From: Salpingoeca rosetta
Taxonomy: Eukaryota; Protista; Choanoflagellata
Assembly: GCA_033442325.1 (NCBI GenBank)
Contig: JAWQFM010000033.1
Span: forward strand, 646,710-667,796
Direction: 5' to 3'
Length of the DNA: 21,087 bases
Position 1 is the stretch's first letter. The number at the start of each line of letters is the position of its first letter. The notes beneath the pieces were generated by a model. That model saw nothing but the letters and a program-made list of their open reading frames with translations. It was not told the DNA's origin and searched no databases. Shown piece after piece: positions 1 to 11,087 of this stretch. The position numbers and the translations under genes were made by a program.

Positions 1-273
1 ATCAGGGGAAGGGGGTGTTGAATGGTTGGTGTCGTGCTGTGAAGGACAGTTGATAGAACAGGTGCGCAAGTCACGCTGCAACACACGCAAACACACGCTC
101 TTGTCGAGAAAAACACACACACGCACGCACAGGCACACATGCACACAGAAATACGCACACACACACATGCACACACGCACACGGATGCACACATGAACAC
201 ACAGAAACACATACAAGCGCACACACATGCACACATGTGTACACGCACAGATGGGCGCATTTGGATGCCACAC

Positions 274-1115
274 CTGCAAAGCGGGTGGTGGAGTATGTGC
301 CCTGCCTGCCCAGGGAGGCGGTGAGGCCACGGTAGAGTGCGCGGAACCCTTCATTGTGAACAAGAGCCACTGCCGTCTGCACGAGTCCGCGCGGCGCCGT
401 CCCAGGCGCTGCTCAGGCCGGCACAAACACACAACCATTGATGAGAAACGGACAAGAGGCGGCGAGAGTGAGTGAGGGAGTGGGGCACTCAAGCCAACAA
501 ATACAAATGGTCAGAGGTGCAATCGTGCTCTAAAACACAGCCAAAATTTCAGACACAAGACACAGGGACGCAAAGACACAAGGGTCTCCGCTCAAAGGCA
601 CACAAGGACAGCAGACACAACAGACACAGAGATAGACACAGACGCGCACGCAGGCATGCACCTGCTTGGTGAGCCGTTTGCAAGCGGACCTACGACACCA
701 CGGGTGGCGTTCAGTGAATGACATTCAAGCCAGTGGCAGTCACAGTTATGTTAATGTGCGTGACTGGTTCACCAAGGGTTGGCCATGCGAGTGGCATTCA
801 AGCTTTGAGCAAGCCTGTAGTATGTGCATGCTTTTCGCTGTTCAAGTCACAGCGCTGTATTTGTTGATCGCGTCACATGACACGTCACGCCCAACACGCT
901 GGAAGCAACGTGAATGGACACCAACCGATGCACCATGAGCTTGGGAGTGTTTGTGACCGCACCTTGAGCAAGTCCAGCGGATGCGTACAAGTTGCAGCCA
1001 TCATACTCGATGTCCCACCCAGAAGAAGAAAGATTGGGCCCCGCTGTGTTGCTGGTGGCGGCTTCGTTGCACCTCCAGTCGTGGCAGCATCTTGGGTGGT
1101 CGTCTTCTCGCTCAT
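274..1115 (-). CDS. SLC25A10: Mitochondrial carrier family protein, dicarboxylate carrier (SLC25A10/DIC-like); 5' partial, continues beyond window start
   Basis: Exons 1115-963, 689-662 (28-nt microexon) and 408-274, all GT-AG and frame-consistent. Spliced: MSEKTT...FLLLGGTSSMMAATCTHPLDLLK|VRLQTAHQA|APGTAPRGLVQTAVALVHNEGFRALYRGLTASLGRQGTYSTTRFA. Contains the Px[DE]xx[KR]xR carrier signature (PLDLLKVR) and EG-x-x-x-LYRG; THPLDLLKV and RQxTYSxTRF match my recollection of DIC. Confidence 0.88.
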
Positions 1116-1322
1116 GCTCGTCTTCTTCAAGCGATGGCCTCTCCGAAAATTAGAAAAAAGAGGGCAAATATTCTACAACCACATCGACAATCAGCGTGGA
1201 GGAACACACGTCTAACAGCCTGCACAGACACAGACACAGACACAGACACAGACACAGAAACAGACACAGACACAGACACAGACACAGACACAGACACACA
1301 CACACACACACACACATCAATC
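1116..1322. promoter_or_regulatory. Putative bidirectional promoter / 5' UTRs between divergent SLC25A10-like and LAMTOR2-like genes
   Basis: Only 207 bp separate the two head-to-head ATGs (1115 on -, 1323 on +). Confidence 0.55.
1223..1317 (+). repeat. (GACACA)n hexamer array running into (CA)n
   Basis: acagacacagac... followed by cacacaca, ending a few nt before the LAMTOR2-like ATG. Confidence 0.95.
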
Positions 1323-2119
1323 ATGTCTGGCGTTCATATTGTGGTGCCTGGGGCACTAGAGGATGTGCTGTCGACCATGCTTGGAAACGGCATCCAAGCA
1401 GCTGTGTGCGTGGATGCTTGCACATGCGTGCATGGATCGTGTCCTGCTTGGCTGTGTCTCTCTCCTTTGTTCCCATCACACCCTACCACAGCATGCTAAT
1501 CACAACACTCACCTCCACACCCGCTCACCACCATACACGCACGCATCCGCTCGCAGGTTGGTGCGCTCGAATGGGAGTGTGCTGGCGAGTGCAAAAGATA
1601 GCACGGCCTCACACAACCTCTCCGCTGCGGTGTGTGCACTTGTTCATGTATCTGCGTGCAAGAGTTCATCACTGTGCATGCGTTGCCGCGTATGTTGGCT
1701 GATGTTTCCACGACTCGACTTGTGCCGTCGATCTCGCTGCATTGCAACTGCCACTATCACCTCAGCCCAGCCCAACTCACCTCCACACCACCATACTCGT
1801 GCACGATCTTCTTGTTCGTGTGTTGACGATTTTGACGATTAGGCGTTGGCGGGCCTGGTGACAGATTGGCAGTTGTATCAGAGTGGAGAGGATGCCATCG
1901 CCGAAGAAGCCTCCTCCATGATGTTAGACTTTGAGGTAAGCCTTTGCTTGTGTGTATATGTGTATGTATGTGTCTGTGTGCGTGTTGCCCTTCACCTGCG
2001 ATGCCATTCGCCTCCGATGCTGTGATGCACGCGGTGGCACTGAGTCGGTGTGTTTTGATTTGAAGCGGTGCGTCGACTTTAACTTGTTGATGTTGACGTC
2101 AACCAACACAATACCGACA

Positions 2120-2152
<33 letters not shown>

Positions 2153-2557
2153 CTGTGTTTGTTTCCCCCCTCTCTTCCCCCCCCCTCTCGCTCGCTCTCT
2201 ATCCCTATCCAACTCACATGCACACATGCGTTTGGATCCCGCCTATCTAAATGTGTGCGGGTTGTCGCGTCACCAGCACGGACGGATGGTGCTGCGTCCC
2301 CTGCGCGTCTCCCTCCTCCTCATCATCTTCGCCTCTCCCTCCACCGGCCGCGGTTTCATGAGCGAAAAGGTGAAGCTCAGCATCACACGTGTGCTGTGCT
2401 GTGGTGCGTGCCTTAGCGCATCAAACTCCTTGCCTGTGACTACACTCTCTTACGTTGTTATCCCCTCCGCGCTGACATGTGTGTGTGTGTGTGTGCTCAG
2501 GTGAAGTCGTATGTGGCGCTGCTCAACCGCACGCTTCCAGACCGCTTTGCAGAGTGA
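1323..2557 (+). CDS. LAMTOR2: Ragulator complex subunit LAMTOR2-like (Roadblock/LC7 domain), 132 aa
   Basis: Exons 1323-1405, 1557-1629, 1843-1935, 2277-2369, 2501-2557 (399 nt, GT-AG). Protein MSGVHIVVPGALEDVLSTMLGNGIQAAVLVRSNGSVLASAKDSTASHNLSAAALAGLVTDWQLYQSGEDAIAEEASSMMLDFEHGRMVLRPLRVSLLLIIFASPSTGRGFMSEKVKSYVALLNRTLPDRFAE*. Colinear with recalled LAMTOR2 (PKALxxVLS, GSLLA, WxxY, MDCxEGR, GxGML/KxK). Not visible as a single ORF in the track. Confidence 0.85.
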
Positions 2558-2576
2558 CAACAGCAGCAGCAGCAGC

Positions 2577-2663
<87 letters not shown>

Positions 2664-2691
2664 CAACAACAACAACAACAACAACAAATCC

Positions 2692-2735
<44 letters not shown>

Positions 2736-2739
2736 ATCC

Positions 2740-2780
<41 letters not shown>

Positions 2781-2784
2781 ATCC

Positions 2785-2860
<76 letters not shown>

Positions 2861-2880
2861 CCAACACCAACAACAACAAC
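2558..2880 (+). repeat. ~320-bp (CAG)/(CAA)n trinucleotide tract with periodic AAATCC interruptions
   Basis: Starts directly after the LAMTOR2-like TGA. AAATCC at about 2686, 2734 and 2779. Confidence 0.95.
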
Positions 2881-3226
2881 GCCGAATTCACAGCGATGGT
2901 GATGGTGATGGCGATGATGTACAGAGCGAAACTTGCACGGATGACACGAGCGACGAGGATGGCAGACAAGAGGGCAGCGTGTGAGAAGGGCACGGGGACG
3001 GCGCCTGTATGTGTCTGCGTCCTGTCTTGTCTGTGCGATGATGATGGTTGTGCTCTGAAGCGTTGACACGCTGGTTCTAGCGTGCGTGTGCATCTTTCTT
3101 TTCTTGTTCGAGTTTCATTTTTTTTTTTTTTGCAGTTCTGCGAGCTGTAAATGTTGCGTCGACAGTAACTCGGAGAAGGTGCAAGGTGCAGGTGAGGTGG
3201 GGAGACCGGGGGGAGGGCAGCTGGTT

Positions 3227-3228
<2 letters not shown>

Positions 3229-3270
<42 letters not shown>

Positions 3271-3283
3271 CGACACACACATC

Positions 3284-3318
<35 letters not shown>
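3229..3318 (+). repeat. (CA)n microsatellite with duplicated CATCGA interruption
   Basis: Seen directly; lies between the convergent LAMTOR2-like and LRRC58-like stops. Confidence 0.9.
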
Positions 3319-3320
<2 letters not shown>

Positions 3321-3688
3321 CCACGTTGCTTATCGTTCGTTCACTCGTGCCGGCTGGTTTTCTACTCATAGCAGCAGCCAGAACCAAACACATGCGTGCA
3401 CGCGTACACCTTCATTGGGTGCAGAAACAACATTCGCCGTCGCCCCGTGTACAGGATCGATTATGCAAAGCACACGATTGTTCAACAACAGAGCGCACTC
3501 ACACACACACACTCACAGTCATACACACACACACACAGTTTCCGCTCAGGTCTGATAATTTGACCAAAACCAAAAAAAAAAAAAATTGTGACAACTTCAC
3601 ACTCCAACACACACGTTCCTTGTTCGATGTCACATCACATCACTTGCACTCACCATCAATGACCACAGCAGTCACTTGCAATCACGGG

Positions 3689-4094
3689 TCACTGCGTGTG
3701 CTCGCAGGGGTCTTCGTAGTTGTCGAGGAGGACCCGCCGGACCTTGTGGCGAATCTGCTGTGTCATCGCCTCCCGGGGCACCTTGGGCTGCACCGACACA
3801 CGCAACACGCAACACCAGGCACGCAACACCACAGCACGTACAAGCACGCGAGGCAGAGGAAGGAAGAGGAAGGAAGAGGGGGGGGGCGTGTGGAATTGGG
3901 TGAGATGGTGGTGACGGGGACGTGTGGAGCGAAAAGTATTGAAACCAGAGGCAATGGAAGAGAGCAGAATAACGGACAACGGGACGAGAGGAAAAAGAGA
4001 GACGCACTCAAACAGAGGCACTCACAGACAGATGCGCAGATACACACACACACACACACACACACATAAACACACACACAAACACACAAACACA

Positions 4095-4153
<59 letters not shown>

Positions 4154-4744
4154 CTGTGTGGCACGGTGAGCAGAGGTACTTGAGGAGGGGTACCCGGTAC
4201 TTGCCGCAGAAATCCACAAACTGGACATCCTTGATGCCCTGCGTGAAGTACACGCCCTGGCACGCCGGGTTTGAGCAGCGCTGTGCAGAGTCGAGGTACT
4301 CGCACAGCACCTGCGGCACGCACTTATCGCAGTAGGGGATGCTGTGGTTCTTGATGGTGCGGGCACACATCTCCTGGAGGGACAGCGGGGAGCGTGTCGC
4401 CTCGAGGGCAAAGCTGGTGACGAGTGGATTGCCGCGCAATGAGAGTTGCTGCAGCGACGCCATGTGCACAAGCTCTGGTGGGAGCGCGCGCAGCTGGTTC
4501 TTGTGGAGGTTGAGGGTGCACAGCGAGGTGAGCTGGTCCATGCCACGCGGCAGGTCTGCGAGTCTGTTGTCGCCGAGGTAGAGGACGCGAAGTTGGCGCA
4601 GGCGGCACAGCTCCGGCGGGAGCGCGCGCAGCAGGTTCCCACCGAGGTACAGCACCTTGATGGGTGTGGTGTGTGGGGGGGGGGTGGTGAGGCGAGGCGA
4701 TGACGTGAGGTGAGTGGTCGGGATGACAGGCAGATAATCGCAAT

Positions 4745-4807
<63 letters not shown>

Positions 4808-5623
4808 GTGAGTTGCGTGAGGTTTGCGATATCCGGGTGGATGCGTCTGATGTTGTTTGAGCCGATGTAGAGGCGACGCAGATCGGGGATGCGCACAACA
4901 GCAGCCGGCACCGCAGACAGCTCGTTCCCAGACACATACAGCGTCTGCCCATCGCGCGCCAGGTGTGTATGTGTGTGTGCGTGTGCGTGTGCGTGTGTGC
5001 GTGTGCGTGTGCGTGTGTGTGTGCACAGGGCGGTGTGAGAGGGATGCGCGGACGAGGGAAGAGGAATGCGCAGAAGACGCGCAGACAAGCGGGGAGGGAA
5101 ACAAACGAAGCAGCAGACAGAGACATCAACACACATCAACACATCAACACACACACACATCAACATACACACACACACACATACACACACACACACACAA
5201 AAAAGCAGTCTCTGTGGCTGTGGTCCCACCTGGAGCGCCGTGCACTGTTCGAGGGAGAGGGGCAGGTCTCTGAGCTGGTTGACGCGGCAGTCAAGCTTGA
5301 CCAGCCGCTGCAGCTTGCCAATGCCTGCAGGCAACGACCGCAGCCGGTTGTGGCTCACGTCCAGGTGGTTGCTACAGGTGGGGAGTTGTGGTGGTGGTCG
5401 TGGTGGTGAGTTGAAGATGAGTGGCGAGGCATGCGAGGTGAGGTGGGAACAGAAGAGGGCAAAACAGGAACGGTTTGAAGCGAGGTGAAGTATTGTAGGC
5501 ATTACGGTTGAAGAATGAGTAGACGAACGAAGCAATCGCCACACACCCACACACCCACACACCCACACAGACACACAGACACACAGACACACCCACACCC
5601 ACACACACACACACACACACCCA

Positions 5624-5662
<39 letters not shown>

Positions 5663-7273
5663 ACGCACACACAATCAACCCAAGGCAGCGGCTTACAGGC
5701 AAGGGAGCGAGCAGATGGCATCGGGGAGGTCTGTGAGCTGGTTGTTGGAGAGGTTTGCAAAATGGAGAAAGGCAAACTTTGAGATGGCAGCGGGAACATG
5801 CCCCAGGCTGCGCGCCTCCAAATCCAGCGACGTTACCGATGCGCACGCTGTTGCTGGCGGCAGACCAGCCAGTGCCAGCGCATGCTGTGTTTCCTCATCG
5901 TTCATGGAGCCATCGCCACCACGCCGGGCGCTCTCACGCGCGCTGTCCGGCGTCCCTTCATCCCCATCATCACCATCACCACCATCATCACCGCTGCTTG
6001 TGGTTGTTGCATCTTCGGCTGCATCCCCCACACCATGACCGCCGTCGCCATCGTCGTCATCATTGCCATGCTGCTGCTGTTGTAGCTGCTGCTGTTGTAG
6101 CTGCTGCTGTTGTTGTAGCTGCTGCTGTTGTTGTAGCTGCTGCTGTTGTGGCTGCTGCTGTTGCTGCTGCTGTTGTGGCTGCTGCTGTTGCTGCTGCTGT
6201 TGCTGCTTCTGCTGCTGCTGCTGCTGCTGTTGTGGCTGCTGCTGCTGCTGTTGCTGTTCGTGGTGGTGGTGGTGGTGGTGGCTGTCGGTCGTAGCACTGT
6301 TGCCAGCAATATCGCCAGCATCAGCAACAGCTGTGGCCAGGGCGGTGGTTTCGTGAGCCAATGGGACGTTCCCAAGGTCATTGTTCACCTCGTGGACGTC
6401 GTGCGACTGGTGGTCCATCGCCTGATGCGCATCTTCATTGTCGCCGCCACTGCTGATGTTGGGAACATGGATGGCGCTGTGGGCAGCGTGAGATGTGGTT
6501 GAAGCAGAAGCCGTGGTGTGGTGTTCGACAGGCATTGCCGGGTGTGTCGCAGGACCGGCCTGTGCTGGGTGTTGTTCAACAGCACCACGAACAGCAGGTG
6601 CTTCGGCAACAAGCACGGGGTGTTCCCTATGATGGGTGGGGCCGGTGTCTCTAATGCTAACACCGTCTTCACAGGCAACGTCCATTACATCTGCGTTTTG
6701 ATGTTCACCAACAACACCATCACCACCACCAGCATCAGCGCGCTCAACACCGGCCACATGAATTTGTCCAACGTCATCGCCAACGTCTTCCATATCCATC
6801 ACAGTTACATCAACCATGGTGACATCATCAGCATCCTCAGCATCACTGTCATCGTCGCCCTCTTCCTCCTCATCTCGAAGCGTCTGCCACATTTCCGCCT
6901 CGTCCTCCACCTCTTCCTCTTCAGCAATCCGCATCTGCCTCATTGCCGCCTCCTCCTGCTCCACGGTGACAGACGCCGCCGCGGTTGTTGTTGCCGTTGT
7001 CCCGCTTGCGTCCTGTGGGTGTGACACCGCGGCACGTTCCGAGTCGTCAGTGTCGCTCGCATGGCTCATGTTGGGGGTGTTGCTGTTCACCTGCGTCGCT
7101 CGCGGCACGTCTTGCTGTAGCTGTTGTAGCTGCTGTAGCTGTGGTAGCTGCTGCAGCTGTTGTTGGGGGTGGTCCACGGGCCCGATGAGCATGGTGTGGC
7201 GCAATAGCTGCCGAAGTTGCGACCTTGCCCGCTGTCTTTGTTCATCCGGTGACAGCGAGAAGAAGGGGTCCAT
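3689..7273 (-). CDS. LRRC58: Leucine-rich repeat protein 58-like (LRRs + BC-box/cullin-box + Cys-rich C-terminus) with long acidic/poly-Q N-terminal extension, ~819 aa
   Basis: Exons 7273-5697, 5371-5230, 4944-4807, 4655-4152, 3787-3689 (2460 nt, GT-AG, frame-consistent). Multiple LxxLxLxxNxLxxLP repeats. The C-terminal PLSLQEMCARTIK...YLDSAQRCSNPACQGVYF...FVDFCGKYRVPLLKYLCSP...KVRRVLL matches the recalled LRRC58 C-terminus (CPNPKCGGVYF...FVDFCGKYRLPLMHYLCSP...KVLL). The N-terminal start is less certain. Confidence 0.9.
6070..6281 (-). repeat. Coding poly-His / poly-Gln tract (CAC, CAG/CAA) in LRRC58-like exon 1
   Basis: Translates HHHHHHHEQQQQQQQPQQ...QQQQQLQQQQQL with periodic P/L interruptions. 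Confidence 0.9.
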
Positions 7274-7646
7274 CCTTCCTCAACAACAACTGCTGGCGGG
7301 AAATGGGAGGTGTTTGATGATGTGAGGGGTGTGCACCTTTTGTTTTGTCTCCCTCTCCTGGCTGCTGGCCCGTGTCCTCCCTTCTCCAATGCCTGCTGTG
7401 CTGATGCCGTGGCGTGTGTGGGTGGCTGGGGATGATGCAGGGTGACGGCACGGCGGAAGCGTTGTTGTGTGTGCGGCGTTGTGGCGTTGCCTTTCTTCTT
7501 CCTCTTCTTCCTCTTCTCTTCTTCTTCCTTGCTGTTGTTGCGTGCGAAAGAAATTTAGCCTCTGATGGATTGCTGCAATCTTACGCATGGGTTGCAAATT
7601 GCAACAATGCAGCTGCTGCAATTGGCAAATCCGGCAGCAGACGACC
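7274..7646. promoter_or_regulatory. Putative bidirectional promoter between LRRC58-like (-) and TNFR-repeat receptor (+)
   Basis: 373 bp between the divergent inferred start codons. Confidence 0.45.
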
Positions 7647-9642
7647 ATGATGATGATGAGAGGGCGTTTTGCTGCGCTCGCTGCTGCTTGGCGGCGGCGT
7701 GGGCGGTCCTCGTTGTTGTTTTTGTTGTTGTTGGTGGTGGTGGTGGTGGGTTGTTGCTTCTGCTCCTTCTGCTGTGTAGAGGCAGCACCAAACACAATCA
7801 CCCCAAAGCTGGTTTGTGACGAAACCCTTCGCTGTAATTACGGCCACTTCTGCCATGGACCCGTTTGTTTGGAGTGCACCCCTGGTGAGTTTGCCGTAGC
7901 GGCAAATGTGCATGGCACTCAACGTTTGTTTGTTTGTTTGTTTGTTTGCGTGTGTGTGTGTGTGTGCGTGTGTGTGTTTTTGCGTGTGTGTGTGTGTGCC
8001 TTTTTATTTGTGTGTGTGTGTGAGTGTGCTTGGGTGTGGCTATTGATAGTTCCTCATATGCTTGCGTTGTGAGCGGCGGCTTTGCTCCATGCTGCTCGCA
8101 CTGCTTGTGCTCGCCCCATTCTGCTCGCTCCATTCTGCTCGCTCTGTTCTGACGCAACAAGTGATCGCGCTTGGTTCTGCCTACAAGGCACATACCAGGA
8201 CGAATATGGAACGAATGGTGAGCCGTGCAAGGTCTGCCCGGACCACGAGTTTCAGCCAGAGTTGGGCCAAACTGGTGAGTTCTCTCCACCCTTGTCGTGG
8301 TTTGGAGAAGCGTTTGCCTTCCAGTCCTCTAATTTTGCTGTGCTCGTACTCCTCTGATTACTGCGTGCGTTGCACAATCGAAGGTGTGGGCTTTGCGACT
8401 CACGCTCTCTGCGGTGCTGGGGTTGTTCGCAACCTTGTTGTCATATGCAGCCTGCATACCTTGGCAAAAGTGCCAAGCTGGACAGCATCGGGAGGGTGGA
8501 TCGACGACGCAAGACGCACTCTGTGTTCCTTGCGAGCCCGGTGAGTTGTTTGTGTGAGACAAGTGTGTGTATGTGTGTATGTGTGAGTGAGTGAGTGTGA
8601 GAGTGTATGTGTATGTGAGTGAGTGAGCGCGTGTGTGTATGTGAGTAAGTGAGAGAAGAATGTGTGTATGTGAGAGAAAGGGAGAGAGAGAGTGTGTGTG
8701 TATGGGTATGTGTGTTGGTGCGTGTGCACGCACAGAACTGTGCTTGCGTGGCCTGGTCTGCGTGGGTTGATGTTAAGTACTTTTTCTCCGTGTGCATGTC
8801 GAGTCCTTTGCTGTGTGCGTGCAGACCACAGGCTTGATCAGTCTTTACACACCCTGGGTCTCTAACACAGCGCTTGCATGCCACCACATGTGCTGCTTTC
8901 AGGCACGTACATGAACATCCTCGAACACTACTATGACGCGTGTGTAGCGTGGCAGACGTGCCCTCCTGGCACGCGGATCACCGCGCAGGGAACGGCCACC
9001 AGCAACACCGAGTGCACCGCTTGCGAAGATGGGTCTTTCCAGCCGATGGCAAACCAGACAGGTACCGTGTTGGCGTTTGTTGGTGTGAGTGAGTGAGTGA
9101 GTGAGTGAGTGAGTGTGTGTGTGTGTGTGTGAGTGAGTGAGTGAGTGAGTGAGTGGGGGAGTGAGTGAGTGAGTGAGTGAGTGAGTGTGTGTGTGTGTGT
9201 GTGAGTGAGTGAGCGGTGTGTGTGTGTGAGTGAGTGAGTGAGTGTGTGTGTGTGTGTGAGTTTTCCCTTGTGCGTTGCGATCGATGTGCTCGTGTGTGTG
9301 TATGCGTTAGTTGGCGCGCGTCCATTGCCGGGTGTACGTGAAGCCTGTTGTCTGCCCAACTGCATGTGACACTTATCGTCATCGCCACCATTGCATTGCG
9401 TTGGTAGAGTGCAACAACTGGCGCACGTGTGGAATTGGGCACAAGTGGGTGTCCGGCACACCCATCAAGGACGCCACCTGCGAGCTGTGTGACGTCGGTA
9501 AGCATGGGTCGCAATGAGAGCGCGTAGGTGTGCGGGAATGACAAGCACTGTTTGTGCGTGTGTATATTTGTGATGACGCGCCTGGAACGCACCTGCCACA
9601 CAGCTGAGTCCACTGCCCCTCTGCCTCCCTCACAAACAAACA

Positions 9643-9741
<99 letters not shown>

Positions 9742-11028
9742 AATATGCCTGCAGGCAAGTTCATGCCCAGGCCCATCCACCAGTACCGGCAGTGCAATGC
9801 CTGGAGTCGGTGCCACCCGGGGACGTACGAGTCAGCTGCACCAACCGCCACCCAGGACCGCGTGTGCACGGACTGCGGTTTGGGCAACTTCACTGCACAG
9901 TACAACCAGAAGGGTGAGATGAGGGGCGAATAAGAGGGAAGGACACGGGAATAGGGGCGTGGCAGCGTTATTGTTTTTTGTTTTTGTTCTTTTGTTCTTT
10001 TGTTCTTTTGTTCGTTGTTTTGAGCTCGTTTGTTCGCCATGTGTTCGTCTTGGTTTGGCTTTGGTTGTTTGTTTGGTTGTTTGTTTGATCCGTCTTGTTT
10101 GTATGTGTGCGCGCATATGTTTTGGGTATTCCCTTGCGTCCCTGTGCACGTGCTGCATAGCAGCCAACAACACCCGCCCCCGCCCCAAGCATTCATCCAT
10201 GCCATCATCATGACTGCCACCACCCACGTGCGTGCAGAGTGTGAGCCGTGGTCGTCGTGTGATGCTGGCTACATGTGGGCCCCCGGTTCCACCTCATCTG
10301 ACGCCGTGTGCACCCCTTGCTCTGAAGGTGCGGGCGCATGATGTGCATGGTGTGTATGATGCGTGTGATGTGTGTGTGTGTGTGTGTGTGTGCATGCATG
10401 CATGTGTGTGTGTGTCATTTTGTGTCATTGTGCGTCATGCGAGTTTCAGTTCCTTCCCCTCGCCTCCCCTCCCTCCCCGCTTCCCTGTATGCTCACACCA
10501 CTGCACTCTACACATGTCCGGTTTGCCTGCAGGCACATACCAACCTGCTGCCAACCACCGCAACACAAGTGAGCTGTGTGTTCATTGACCTCCATAGCCA
10601 CCAGCACATTTCACACAAGCACACACAACGATGGTGTTTGCTTCACTTCTTGGTGGCGTGCTGTGTTACGCTGCGTGTTTGGTGGTTCTCTTTTCTTCCC
10701 ACCTCCCTGGCTTCATTTCTCACGCCCACCCACCACCACCACCACCACCCAATATCACCACCACCACCACTCAATATCACCACCACCACCCAATATCACC
10801 ACCACCACCGCCGCCACGGCTAGTTTGTATGCTGTGGCGGCGCTGCGGTGCGGGCGAGAAGTGGGTGAAGGGGACGACAACCACCGATGCGTCCTGTGAA
10901 TCCTGCGACCAAGGTCAGCTGACACCACCGCATATGCACACATGATGATGATAATGCTGACGACAGAACATGGACAGGAGGGTGAATATCGTTGTCAGCG
11001 TCAGTGGCAACCGATTGCGCGCGCATGT

Positions 11029-11087
<59 letters not shown>

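Noticed and set aside
2680-2800. Regularly spaced AAATCC units resembling a CRISPR or telomeric array
   Set aside because: The 'spacers' are identical CAA runs; eukaryotic context with no cas genes; best explained by microsatellite block duplication.
2555-2902. Stop-codon readthrough or selenocysteine at LAMTOR2-like TGA-CAA
   Set aside because: The protein is already full length for the family, the extension would be pure homopolymer, and no SECIS-like element was recognised.
3086-4069. Long ORFs rich in HTHT / VCVC (also 4022-5104, 8978-9739, 13399-13851 and many others)
   Set aside because: Translations of (CA)/(GT) microsatellites, which lack stop codons; they lie in introns, UTRs or antisense to real exons.
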